A stretch of 63,814 nucleotides of DNA, filler included, from Phoronis australis (lineage: Eukaryota; Animalia; Phoronida): assembly GCA_002633005.1 (NCBI GenBank). It is 5 parts of 5 records of this genome, joined end to end, with 100 filler letters (N's around TTAATTAATTAA, not from the genome) between each part and the next. Parts side by side here need not be neighbours in the genome. Positions count along the whole stretch, not along the records: positions 27,391 to 59,231 come from NMRA01001274.1; 4 more parts are not named here. One strand, written 5' to 3'. Made by a program: the position numbers and the translations under genes. Of this stretch, positions 37,064 through 49,767 are shown piece by piece; position 1 is the first letter of the stretch; every line of letters starts with the position of its first letter. The notes beneath the pieces were generated by a model. It made no database searches, was not told the origin of the DNA, and worked only from the letters and a program-made list of their open reading frames with translations.

Positions 37064-39899
37064 GAATAGTAAGTCGTTCGCCGAATAGGTAATCGTATCA
37101 TTACTCGTATCATATCATAAATAAAGTTTTATGAGCCACTGTTACGGTATTATTATTATACGCGTGTAAACCGCTTGGGTCAACAGCAACAACAAGAGAG
37201 TGATCTAATGTGCGTGTGACTGTACGCTACAATATTTGAAAAATCTCATTTACCCAGCTCGATACCTTCAACGTTGATTCAAGTAAAGAAATGGAATCAA
37301 CCAATTACATTTCAAATTTGAGCCACGTTGGCTACGAGGGCATAAAATGGACAGTTCATGGGTGGTATACCTTTCTCAGGTATCGTTTGTTTTTGATAAA
37401 TTAGCTAAGCTGATCCTACTTCCATTGCATGTAGCCCCCATGCATTGTATAATATAAGTGCACAATCTCCGTCAAGTATAAATTCTGCTATACTATTGAT
37501 ATGTCCAATGTAATTTAACATGACTACGTGTCCTCAATATTAAATGCCACAGTCGTGTTTTACCATTTTGGGTCACATCTTACGTGAAGCAAATCCTTCC
37601 CGGGCCATACGGAGAGTGGAATCAACTAACAGGTTACGTAGCGTATGCACCAGTGTCTTTCAACTCAACCTAGCCACTTCACATTCATGGCGGTACGCAT
37701 TTTAAACAACAGAATCGACTGGAACATTGCGGTTTCAATGCTTTGCTTAGACACATAATGATCAGTTGGTAGCAAATTCTTACAAACGAAACTTTAAGGC
37801 AAATTAAAAATCGGTATTTTGAACGAGTTCTAACATACGAGATAAAATAATTATTTCCTAATGGCTTATCATTACATGTCTACAATTTTGACAAACAGAG
37901 ACTCGTTGATATCTTCGAATTTAATCTGTGCACGAATTCAGAGACTAAACTCAAATGCCCTGGCTGCCGCAAAAAAATAAAACAGCAAGAGCGTGAGGAA
38001 GTGTTGAGTTTCACAATTAACCATGGCAATTAATATTATATGGCTGAAACAAAATTATCAAAGGGTGCAGTTTAAGTTTGTGTGTGCGTGTGGGGGGAGG
38101 GGCTTTCGTGTCCGTTTCAGACCGCTGGCGCAATCGTAACGGAACTATGGCTAAGTAATGGCGCTCCCTGTCGATATGTGCGTGACATCCCAGCGGAGCG
38201 GCAGTAGCGCTAGGCACCACCACTCTGAGTCTGTTGCCTGCTCCACTGTGCTCTTAAGGAAATTACTTCATTTTTTTCAAAGAAAACGGTATCTGATTGA
38301 CGATGAAGAAACTTAAGCTACTGGTAAGATGTAAATTTTAATCAAAGACTCAGTGAATCACTCAAAACTCATAATTTTCTCTTTGCCAAACATTAAAGGA
38401 GAATGCCACCCAAAAAACAGCCCGTTTTGCATCAATTTAGATCGATTAGTTCCATTCGATAACAGCAAGTTCAGCTGCTTTTACCTGACAGCTGGCGGCA
38501 GACGGAGGTGTTGAAATTAACCAATGGCGTAAAAGGTTCGAACGCAGTCTGTTCCGCCATTCACAACATGCTTACTGGTGTCAACTTATCGTTTGAATGC
38601 ATCGTTTTGCACCAGTAAATCATCAAATTTCGATGTGAAGTCCTTACAAATACACCGAGTTCTTGAACAAACGTGTTGCTGTATTTCATTGTTACGGATT
38701 TATAGGTATTTGAACGTGCGGTAGCCTACAAGGAGTCAAGTAGTGTAGACCCCTATAGGCCAATTTATAATGGTCGATCGCGGGAGTTTGGTGATAAATT
38801 CGAAACCTTCTTTCGTGAAATACAGACATTAAAGACAGTGTGTTGTACTTTTAGACTTGCGATTTGTTTCAGTTCTAAACACACAAAACGCTTGTTATCC
38901 CAGGGACTGCCTCAGGCCTGTTTCGGCCGCCGGGACTGGACATCACGAACATATACCTCCACTCACGTAAACACTATACTAGTGAGCCAGAGAAATAATG
39001 TGCACGTAATTATTTTAGTGAATTAGCAACGCAAATGCAATATGTACTTACTTGTCGGGGGCCGCGAAATCGAGTTGCAATTTGACATAACCGTCAGGGA
39101 AAAGTTGTACAGTAACAATGATGTTATACAGAATTTGTTAAATGCACGACACTTTTCCTTGTTCACAATCTTTATTCCGTTACGTTCGTACTTTAACTCT
39201 ACTCTCAACTGAACATAGATACAGTAACTGATATAGGGACATAATTAAAAGACAGACGATATTTCGAAACATACTTGTTTCATTCTCAAGTGAAGATAAA
39301 ATGACGCAGTAATGCCACCACAGAGTATAAGTTGACAACACACACAGTGAGACACGTAGGTGTGAAATACTGCAAACCATGACTAATGAAGGGGAGTAAC
39401 AGGAAAACCACGCAAACAAGTGTAACGTGCGGCGCGACCCTGTTTGCTGCTCATTCAAAACAGGCTTCTCAAAAGCAATTAAAAGGGACACTTTCAAACG
39501 CACCAGATCTTGCTCCACGTAGCGAATTGTGTTTTCCACAATTTCTTGACGGGTGATTTTACGTGCGTGGCTGTGCAGAAAATGTTCTAGAATGGCGCCA
39601 TTTTGAAGATGCATGGATAACCGACGGCAAAGATTGCAAACGGTTTGACTAATGTAACATTGTTTGACGTTTAAACGGACATTCGTCCATAAGGCATACA
39701 AACTCATAAACAACACTACACTGTGAAACGGGGTGGACTTTCGCTTGAGAAACTTTATTTTTCGTGACCAAGTTGGAGGACTTCCTATTCCGATAATAAG
39801 TAATAAAATCGAGGTAACCATCAGGCTTACAAACTTTAACATTGTCCCTTATAATTTTCTTAATGGCGATTTCGTCTTGAGGTAATTATTAGACATGAC

Positions 39900-42800
39900 T
39901 GTAGTGTTGTTACATTCGAATAGTATAAATGTAAGGAGTCACTTCCGGTACGTTGATCGTCTGACATACACAATACACGTTAGTTCCTGATTTAATACTT
40001 GTTTTATTAGATTTACTAACGATGCAACACTGGCGACGAGGATCGACAAGACCCCAATAACAACCGAGAAGTCACGGGGATACGTGTTATTCCTACATAA
40101 ACTGTCACGAACTGACATTTGCAGTATACTTGAGCTGTTCTCGCCCGTACGCGCTGTGTCCGTGCTGTTGATATGACATCCCTACCTGCCTTTCCCCCGT
40201 TTCTGGTACACGCCAATGAACAATCCGCGGGTAGTAGGTGGATGAAATGGCTAAACAAGTTTGAAAACATGCTTTTAGCCTTATACATTACTGACACTAA
40301 ACGTAAGAAAGCCCTACTACTACATTACATAGACGAAGAGGGGTTCGATATCTATGATAGCATGACAGACGCTCAACAGGGTGAAGAAGATGCCTATGAT
40401 ACTGTGAAACAAAGCTTCACTACTTACTTCACGCCTAAGCAAAACACTGCATATGAAACTTACAAATTCAGGCAAGCGGTGCAAGAACCATCAGAGACAA
40501 TCGACTCGTTTAACACTCGCTTGAGAACACTTGCAGCCACATGTGACTTTCATGACACAGATCGTGAGATGTTAACACAGATTCTTCATGGGTGTACCTC
40601 CACTCGACTCCTCCGTCGTAGCCTACGAGACAACATGACGCTGACACAAGCTCTTGACGAAGCGCACGCACTCGAACTCTCCGAACAACGTGCCAGTGAC
40701 ATTGAAAAGGGTGTCAACTCGCTAACATTGCACAAGCACAAATCACAGTCGTCCCATAAGTTCAAGAAACAGGACCAACACAGACCCAGGAAACAATTCA
40801 ATTCGCGAGTCCCGAAGCAAACGTCATCAGGGCAGACCCACACCAGTAACAACCACAACCCCAACAACAGCTGGCGAAAACAAAACCGAGTGGGTCGAAA
40901 CTGTGGTGGAGATTTTCCCCATCCTGCGAACACCATATGTCCTGCAAAAGGGAGATACTGTCTGAACTGTGGAAAAGTTGGTCATTTCGCACAAGTATGC
41001 AGATCAAAGCAAGTCAGCCAAATCCGTCGAGAAGACACTGCTGAGCACGACAACGATTCCGACTCCGAATACGTGTTCACTGCTGATACTGTCAAAGGCA
41101 ACGTCCCGAGGGTCAATATTTCACTCCTTGATACAACAGTAGAATTCATTGTAAATACGGGAGCTTCAGTGAATATTATTCCCGAGTCCATGCTACAGCA
41201 TTTTCCTGAGAGACCTACACTACAACCCCGCTCGACGAAGATTTACGCATACGCACAAGATGCATGCCTCGACGTAGTGGGCTCCTTCAAAACGGAAGTG
41301 GCGTATAATGGCTCTAAATGCATGGCGACCTTCTACCTGAATCGACGAGACCGTCCCACTTGCAGCCTACTTTGTGGACAAACCGCCCAAGCACTTGGTC
41401 TCATCCAGGGTGCCTTCCAGTCATCCATCCCGGAGAGTGAAGAGTATTCTCATCTGTTTTCTCCAGGCATTGGCAAACTCAAAGATGTCAAGATCAAGCT
41501 CCACATCGATGACACCATCCAACCGATCACTCAGAGGCATCGCCGCATTCCATTTCACGTGCGAAAAGATGTCGAACAAGAAATTGCACGACTGACCGAT
41601 CTCGACGTGATTGAGGAAGTCAACGGCCCCATCCCATGGATTAGCCCAGTTGTAGTAATACCCAAGAAAGAAGGCGTACGACTGTGTGTCGACATGAGAG
41701 AAGCCAATAAAGCGATTAAGCGAACCAAGCACATCATGCCGACTATTGATGACCTTGTCCATGACCTGAATGAGGCTACAGTCTTCAGCAAGTTAGACAT
41801 GTCAAGTGCCTACCATCAACTAGAGTTGGACGAAGAAAGTCGNNNNNNNNNNNNNNNNNNNNNNNNNNNNNNNNNNNNNNNNNNNNNNNNNNNNNNNNNN
41901 NNNNNNNNNNNNNNNNNNNNNNNNNNNNNNNNNNNNNNNNNNNNNNNNNNNNNNNNNNNNNNNNNNNNNNNNNNNNNNNNNNNNNNNNNNNNNNNNNNNN
42001 NNNNNNNNNNNNNNNNNNNNNNNNNNNNNNNNNNNNNNNNNNNNNNNNNNNNNNNNNNNNNNNNNNNNNNNNNNNNNNNNNNNNNNNNNNNNNNNNNNNN
42101 NNNNNNNNNNNNNNNNNNNNNNNNNNNNNNNNNNNNNNNNNNNNNNNNNNNNNNNNNNNNNNNNNNNNNNNNNNNNNNNNNNNNNNNNNNNNNNNNNNNN
42201 NNNNNNNNNNNNNNNNNNNNNNNNNNNNNNNNNNNNNNNNNNNNNNNNNNNNNNNNNNNNNNNNNNNNNNNNNNNNNNNNNNNNNNNNNNNNNNNNNNNN
42301 NNNNNNNNNNNNNNNNNNNNNNNNNNNNNNNNNNNNNNNNNNNNNNNNNNNNNNNNNNNNNNNNNNNNNNNNNNNNNNNNNNNNNNNNNNNNNNNNNNNN
42401 NNNNNNNNNNNNNNNNNNNNNNNNNNNNNNNNNNNNNNNNNNNNNNNNNNNNNNNNNNNNNNNNNNNNNNNNNNNNNNNNNNNNNNNNNNNNNNNNNNNN
42501 NNNNNNNNNNNNNNNNNNNNNNNNNNNNNNNNNNNNNNNNNNNNNNNNNNNNNNNNNNNNNNNNNNNNNNNNNNNNNNNNNNNNNNNNNNNNNNNNNNNN
42601 NNNNNNNNNNNNNNNNNNNNNNNNNNNNNNNNNNNNNNNNNNNNNNNNNNNNNNNNNNNNNNNNNNNNNNNNNNNNNNNNNNNNNNNNNNNNNNNNNNNN
42701 NNNNNNNNNNNNNNNNNNNNNNNNNNNNGCCATGGATTTTGCGGGTCCATTTCCTACGGGAGAATATCTTCTTGTAGTTATAGATGAATACAGCAGATAT

Positions 42801-44069
42801 CCAGAAGTAGAAATCGTCTCATCTACTTCAGCTAAGGCTGTGATTCCGAAACTCGAGATGATCTTTGCTCGACAAGGCAACCCTCACAAACTCAAGACCG
42901 ACAATTGACCGCCATTCAGCAGCCATGAGTTCTCAGCCTTCGCTCAACAGTTCGGAAGAAAGTTACGCCGTTGTGGCCAGAAGCAAATGGCGAAGCAAAG
43001 AGATTCATGCGAACTCTGAATAAGTACATACGAGCAGCAACAGCAGCCCAAGAGAATTGGAAGACGCAATTCCCCACGTTTCTTTCCCAGTATAGAGCGA
43101 CGCCTCACTCCTCTACCAAGACATCTCCGTTTGAAGCCCTCACTGGTCGAAAGATGAACATTGGTCTACCCACCATACTTCAGTTTCCCAACAACGTTTC
43201 AGTTCACAATCGCATCGTTGAGAATGACACCTCCAGCAAGGCCAAGATGAAGTCATATGCTGATAACCGCCGACATACAGAGACTTCGAATCTGCGACCA
43301 GGAGATCACGTGCTAGTGAAACAACCCAAGTTAAACAAAACAACACCACCGTTCCAACCGTCACCTTTCACTGTCACTGATAAGAAAGGCAGCATGATTA
43401 CAGCACAACGGGGACAACAGATGATAACCCGTAGTTCCTCACATTTCCGACAGATCCACGGTGACATCGACACCAACGAAGAAGACAAAGAAGATGAATC
43501 TACCCAGGTCGATACTACAACACCTACTACATCTACCAAGAAACTGTCTACATCTAGTCCCAGTTCCCCAAGTGATGAGATTCCAGCTACATCGCAAACC
43601 TCCAGACCCAATCGTGACCGACGTCCGCCAGACTATTTAAAGGACTATGTACTAACCCGTTAGTTATCGTCAATCCAATTGTGTGCGAGAGACTATTACA
43701 AACAGTGTTTATCACATAGACTTTAGAGTTAGTAATTAAGGTCTTGTTCTTACATGTTTAAGCTTACTCTAGCATTCAAGTAGCATGTAGTTGTTGACTT
43801 CTGTTTTCATTTAGTGTATCAGTTTGCACTAGATCTTAGGCGCCACTTAATTAACCTTTATTAGCAAGGTGTCACGTTCTGTTTAGATTTTCAGGAACTT
43901 GTATTGAGTAGGAATCTTCACTCTGTAGTATGGGAGGAGTGTAGTGTTGTTACATTCGAATAGTATAAATGTAAGGAGTCACTTCCGGTACGTGGATCGT
44001 CTGACATACACAATACATGTTAGTTCCTGGTTTAATACTTGTTTTATTAGATTAACTAACGATGCAACA
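39900..44069 (+). mobile_element. Ty3/Gypsy LTR retrotransposon (Mag-like)
   Basis: 130-bp TG...CA LTRs at 39900-40029 and 43940-44069 (4 mismatches). 5-bp TSD ATGAC, PBS TGGCGACGAGG at 40031, purine tract GGGAGGAG before the 3' LTR. Confidence 0.97.
40173..43663 (+). pseudogene. Gypsy gag-pol polyprotein, disrupted; assembly gap 41843-42728
   Basis: Gag with CLNCGKVGHFAQVC knuckle; protease FIVNTGAS (catalytic D>N); RT start PWISPVV...RLCVDMR...FSKLD; integrase MDFAGPF...TDN*PPF (TGA 42906-42908), then frameshift and WPEANGEAKRF...YRATPHSST. Confidence 0.95.
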
Positions 44070-45140
44070 ATGACATTTTTGTAAAATATATTTTTGGTGA
44101 CACAAGTCCGACGTGCAGGGACTTCATAGCTAATTCTGGACACAAATCGCTTAATATGGAAATCCACAAAAGCATTGGCATACCCATTATTCACCAGTGA
44201 TTGTCTTATGCGATCTACCACTTGATTGAACGATAGCCAGTTGGACGAGACCGAATACGCCCTCTTTAGGAAGTTGACCACAACGGCTACCTTATACCGC
44301 TCAGAGCACTCACCTTTATCAGTAGGCTTGTGGTAAACTGATGTAGAAAATTCAGATGGAGAATGGTTCACAAGAACGTCCAAAAATGGAATCTTGTCAT
44401 TTACAGGAAGCTCGTGGGTAAATTTCAATACAGAGTGACGTTCAAGTTCATCACGTACTGATAACAAGTCATCAAAGGCACAATAAACAAAAATATCATC
44501 TACATAACGTACATAGATAGGAATACCACCAATTTTCATTTATATGGCGATATGGTACTTTGGTTGTGCAGATGGTCAACATCTCTCTCATATGAGTTGG
44601 TGAATTATCGGGTGGCTTTAAATGTGCGTGACGGTATACACTATCCAAAATGATAGAATTGGTCTCATCCACCGGTACGTTTGTGAACAAAGACTCGTCA
44701 AGCGACATAGGTTGGTAATGGGGGAATAGCACTTGTGTGCGCAAAATGTCAATGAAATCCTCACGAGATTTAATGGAGTAACGGCTCTGAATGTACGGCT
44801 TTATGATGTTATCAAGATGCTTCTCTGTCTTGTACGTAGGCGTCAGGACTTGGGATATTATCGGCCGTAGAGGAACATCTTTTTGTGTATTTTGGGGATA
44901 CCATAGAGATAACCTTCGGAGTAATCACCTTCGATTTCGGAGAAAATGCGACGACCAGCCTCAGCATTTATAGCCCTAATGTGACGATTCAATTCACGTT
45001 TAAGGTCAATGAGGGTTGACCGACTAATGCTGGTAAACTTAAAAGGGTCACATATTAATAGACTAAGTTTATCGGAATAGTCATCTTTGTTTCAAATAAC
45101 ATACTGGGCAGACTTGTCTGCGCGCGAATAAAAATACAAT

Positions 45141-45178
45141 CACTTGAGAATGAAACAAGTATGTTTCGAAATATCGTG
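45141..45178 (+). ncRNA. Variant minimal hammerhead-like motif in a Penelope terminal repeat (also 39255-39292 and near 49475-49509, minus strand)
   Basis: CAC-TTGAGAA-T-GAAAC aagtat GTTTC-GAAAT-ATC-GTG: stems I and II pair, GAAA and an NUH triplet are present, but the core is TTGAGAA instead of CTGANGA. Confidence 0.6.
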
Positions 45179-45416
45179 TGTCTTTTAATTATGTCGCTAG
45201 GTCAGTTACTGTATCTATGTTCAGTTGAGTGTAGAGTTTTGTTCCGAAAGTACGAACGTAACGGAATAAAGACTGTGAACAATGAAAAGTGTCGTGCATT
45301 TAACAAATTCTGTATAACCTAAAACTTGCTCCCGAAGTACAGCCAGTTCAAGTAACAATGATGTGAAAAATGTATTTGTATATCTAAATAAAGATTCCCC
45401 TAACATGTGACCAAAG

Positions 45417-48163
45417 TTTTTTTTTCAAAGTGATATATATTTATTCATGGATACACAGAACATACAAAGAAATAATAACAAACCCAGAAACCGCGAAGCA
45501 TTATATCTGGGTTGTAAACAATCCATAAATGAAACTAATATACATAGAGGTATGTACAATTAAGTAGTATCTAAAATAAGTATTCCAATACTTAGATAGG
45601 CTATTACAGATATACAAAAACAAACATATGTATAGATTCATGTGGGGAAATCAGATGCAACAATATTGATAAACGGTACATAAAAATTTACTAACGTTGC
45701 TTAGGAGGAATTCGTTGAGAACGAGGTCAAGGTTAGGACTACCTTTCAATAATAATGTAACTCTAGTAGGGATATTATTACAAGAATTGAGAGCGTTAAC
45801 AATTGATTGATTTTCATTGAGTGCACGAAAGAGTGAGTCTCTCTGGTATTCGATGAGGGGACATTTGAAGAAAATATGAGGATACGATTGATGGACACCA
45901 CATTTACAGTTTGGAGAGACATTAATAAAGTTGTGCCTGAACTTGTCAGAGTTGAGGAAAAGGCCACATCTTGATCTGTACAATGCTATTTCGTTATCGC
46001 GTGTAAGGGAGAATTGAGTCAAGGGTGTTGAGTTATCAAAATTATGAAAAACAGTTCTAAAATTATTTTTTATACTCGTAAAAGAGTTGCTTTCCTTAAC
46101 AGAGACTGGAAGAGAATTCCAGTTGTTGATGCACATCATGACTGTAGACCTTCTGAATGCCTGACTGAACGACGGAGGAATTGCATATGGGGTGGAGGAT
46201 CTCAAATCACTACGATGGCCTTGTCTAGTATATAGATCAAATATTTTTTTGACAGACACGTTGTTGACATTGTTTATTACCTTGAAAGTAAATGTGGTCA
46301 TGTGAAGATTGCGTCGAGTAGACAGTTTGGGCCACTTGAGACTATTCAAAACCTTAACACTATTGGATCCCCTGTAAGCTCCGGTTATGAGTAAGGCGGC
46401 TTGATATTGTAACTTCTCCAAATGTTGGAGTGCACCCGTATTGGCAGACTGATATATAATATCACAATAATCAATGTGTGGAAGTACAAAGGACTTGAAC
46501 AAAACTTCTAAATGTGTAGAATTCAGATGACGAGAGACAAGCTTAAGTGGGTTAATTAGTTCCTGAGTTTTTTGTACGAGCTCCCGAACGTGAGGGGTGA
46601 ATGAGAGTTTTTCATCTAACAGTATACCTAGATGTCTGTGCGACTGTTTTCTAGGAATGATTTCATCATTAAGTTTAAGGTCATAAGACGGGTCAACAAG
46701 GAAGGGAGCATTAATAGATTTGGAGAAGGTGAGGTTAACGCTTTTTTCTGGTTTAAAATTCATTCTCCATTCTTGTGACCAATAGCTGAGTTTATTTAAG
46801 TCGTGTTGAAGATGCAAAGAACATTCAGGGCTGCTCCCTGGGAAGGGGTAAAAAAGCGCCGTGTCATCTGCATAAAGGTATGTGCTACATGACAGGTTAT
46901 CAGGAAGGTCATTAATATAAATCAAGAAGAGAAGAGGGCCCAATACGCTACCCTGCGGTACACCTGCGTTTACAAATCCAGGAGGAGATAAAGTGCAAAG
47001 TACGCCGTCGACTCGAACACTGTATGTTCTTTCGGAGAGATATGATGTGATCATGTTTAAAAGATTACCAGTAAAGCCATAGGATCGAAGTTTGTGAAGT
47101 AGAAGGTCGAGAGGGACACAGTCGAAAGCAGAAGCTATATCTAGAAAAATGGACCTGACACTCTCGCCCTTCTCAAAATGTAAATGAATCTCATGGACTA
47201 TTTCAACAAGTTGTGCTACGGTGCTGTTCCCACGCAAAAAACCGAATTGACGATGATAGATCAAGTTGTTTTGTTTGAGAAATGTAAGAATTCTTTGAGA
47301 AATGATCTTCTGGAAGATTTTGGACAGGGTGTTAAGTACAGTTATTGGGCGATAATTTGAAATTTCAGTTTTGGAGCTTTTTTGTGTATAGGGACCATAA
47401 TTCCATGTTTCCAAGAAGACGGATATATACCAAGCTGAAGAAGTTTGTTAAACAGAATGGCCAGGGGCATGGTAATTTCGTTGGCAATCATTTTGATCAT
47501 CTTGCTGGTTATTAAAGCTGTGCCATCATTCTTATTGGAGTCAATTTCATTGAGATATTTCCGGATATCAGTTTGATTAGCCAGGATGTCAGACAGTTGA
47601 TTGAGACAGCGTTCACGAAGAAAACGAAAGTTACCTACTTCAGTTGGTGTAATGTGGCTTTTGTTCGTGAAAAATTTGAGAAACAAATCACACTTGTCAC
47701 TACTACTTGAGGCTAGGTTACCATTATAGTTGATGACAGTATAGGAGGATTGTTGTTGACTGCCGCGTATTTTATTGATGATGTTCCAGTATTCTTTGGA
47801 GTTCTTGCTTGTGCTGTTAATTTGTTGAAAAAGCTTGTGTCGGTGATCAGCTTTGGCTTGATTTACTAAAGTTTCAACCAGACGTGGCTGCTCCTTATAT
47901 CTGTTGTGGATTATAGTGTTGTTAGATCTTCTGAAAGAGCTGTAAAGTCTGTTTCTTGTGCGGATTGCCCGTTTAACATTATTGTTGAACCAAGGTTGGC
48001 TGTTGTGTTTAATTATCTTTTCAGTTGATGGGATGTTGTTTTTTAAAATTTCATAGCGGGTACTAGTGAAGAGTGAAACAGTGTCATCAATGTCGCCAGT
48101 GTTCAATATGGAATCCCAGTCAGTGTTGGTGATATCCTGACGAAGTTTATCGGTGTCGACCAT
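45417..48163 (-). mobile_element. 5'-truncated non-LTR retrotransposon (CR1/L2 group), ORF2 with one frameshift
   Basis: ORFs 47342-48163 and 45651-47414 with NYRPIT, FLDIASAFD, GVPQGSVLGP, LYADDT and C-terminal CKCG...H...CP. The 3' UTR has an 8-bp stem (45481-45513), AATAAA (45440-45445) and an A9 tail. No AP-endonuclease domain. Confidence 0.93.
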
Positions 48164-49452
48164 AGCATGTAAAATCGGGTTATTGTTTTACAACAGCATT
48201 CTATTAGCAAACGCTGACTAAGCATACGCTCACACGGTCTCTGTGCCCGGTCAATTACATGTACCTTTATTGCATCTGAAGCCGGTGACGCAATGATTTA
48301 TTTTATTTTTTTCAATGTTGAAGTTAAGAATCGGAATACGGTGATCAAGAAATACTAGAGAGGTGCCGTGAAATTGCACAGGCAAGGGAACGTATGGATA
48401 GTTCTTTGGTCAGCCGGCATTAGTCGGACTCGCTGTCGACGACTGCCTGCCACAGAATCGGAGTTGTGTCACCATAGACAATAGATAGGGACTACCAACT
48501 CCCGTTAGAGCGCGTTGAGTATGTCAAGGACCAAGAGACATAAGCACTAACGATAAATGGGCGCTGCACACGCAGGATAGAAAACTTCCGGTTTTACGCA
48601 GCGGCCGTTCCCTCGTTTCAAGATTTGGTTAAGTAATGCGTCGACTTGCTTGATTTTTTTTTAAGTTTAAAAGACTTGTAAAATTAAAATGCGTATATTG
48701 TTCTCTGTCATGTAACCTTCAGAAGATGATTCAGACAGGTTATGAATTATTAACGCCAGAAACGTCTTCAGCTGATATTCCCATTTCCCATGTTTACACT
48801 TAAGTCGCATCAGCAGTTTTTTTGCTGCATATAGTATAAGTGTTTGTTTACATTCAGTACCGTACGAATCACCTCATAATCATAAGAACAAGTATTAACC
48901 AACAAAAATGAATTTGTAGCAATGTTACACAATAAATATTTGTGTAATTCACACAGCTTTGTTCCAGGGGGTAGAAAAGGCTCACCGACATTGACATATC
49001 ATTTGCAGAACCCTAGTGTCAAAAACTTGCTGTCACTAGTATCAAAGTGGGTATCTAGAATGACATAAGAAGGGCCCAACATGTCGCTCGGGAAATTGGG
49101 CAAATCGCAATTGTATGTGCACAGGCTACCCGAAATTTGAAGGGGCAAGGGATGTGGACCTTGCGTTCTGAAAATGTATTGGTGGACTAAAAAAGGGGAC
49201 GAGATTCCGCCGCTAGCGGTCCTAGTTACTCACAGTTCTTGCCGTTGCTGTTTCGTTNGGCAGGCCCATGCTTAAATCTGCCTATGTATCATAGGCCAAC
49301 AGTACATTGTAGGGCAACTTCTAAATATATTTATGATTATCATTGGTTCGATACATGGCACTCGTTGCTGTTAACAATCTTTATCCCATTCCGTTCGCAT
49401 CCTCGGAACAAAGTTCGAAAGTCAATAAAACATTGGTAAAGAAACTGACAAA

Positions 49453-49767
49453 GAGACATGATTAAAAGACAAATGATATTTCGGAACAACCTTGTTTCAT
49501 TCTCAAGTGGAAACAAAATGACGCAGTAATATCACCACAGAGCAAAAGCTAGTAAAATACCCAATGGGACGCAGCAGGTATGGAATACTGCTAAAACTGA
49601 CAAATGGAAGGGGTAACAAGTGGAGCACGATGACCCCGTTTGCTGCTCAGTCAAACAGGCTTCTTGAATGCAAACAAAAGAGAGTCCGATAATTTCAATC
49701 GCAGCACACCGTGCTCTCCATGTCGACTCAATTTACGTGTTCTCCACAATTTTTTTTGACAAGTGAT
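49453..49767 (-). mobile_element. Diverged 3' fragment of the Penelope family at 39125-45350
   Basis: Colinear with about 39235-39557 (CTTGTTTCATTCTCAAGTG, AAAATGACGCAGTAAT, GTTTGCTGCTCA, AAACAGGCTTCT). Confidence 0.8.

Larger units (their letters stand above)
39125..45350 (-). mobile_element. Penelope-like retroelement with inverted terminal repeats, split by a Gypsy insertion
   Basis: RT (SLFTNVP, YVRYVDDIF, VYHKPTD) at about 44075-45130; GIY-YIG (SVVYEFVC...CYISQT...RRLSMH) at about 39420-39895. Inverted repeats about 39123-39292 and 45141-45318. TSD AGTAACAATGATGT at 39111-39124 and 45351-45364. Confidence 0.92.

Noticed and set aside
39180-39842. 220-aa ORF with a signal-peptide-like N-terminus
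   Set aside because: Frameshift chimera of the Penelope GIY-YIG region and its terminal repeat.
41785-42880. Long minus-strand ORFs of 321 and 354 aa
   Set aside because: Almost entirely N-gap translation.
49205-49228. CCGCTAGCGG palindrome followed by CTAGT, like a Helitron 3' end
   Set aside because: Short motif with no identifiable 5' end or second copy in the window.
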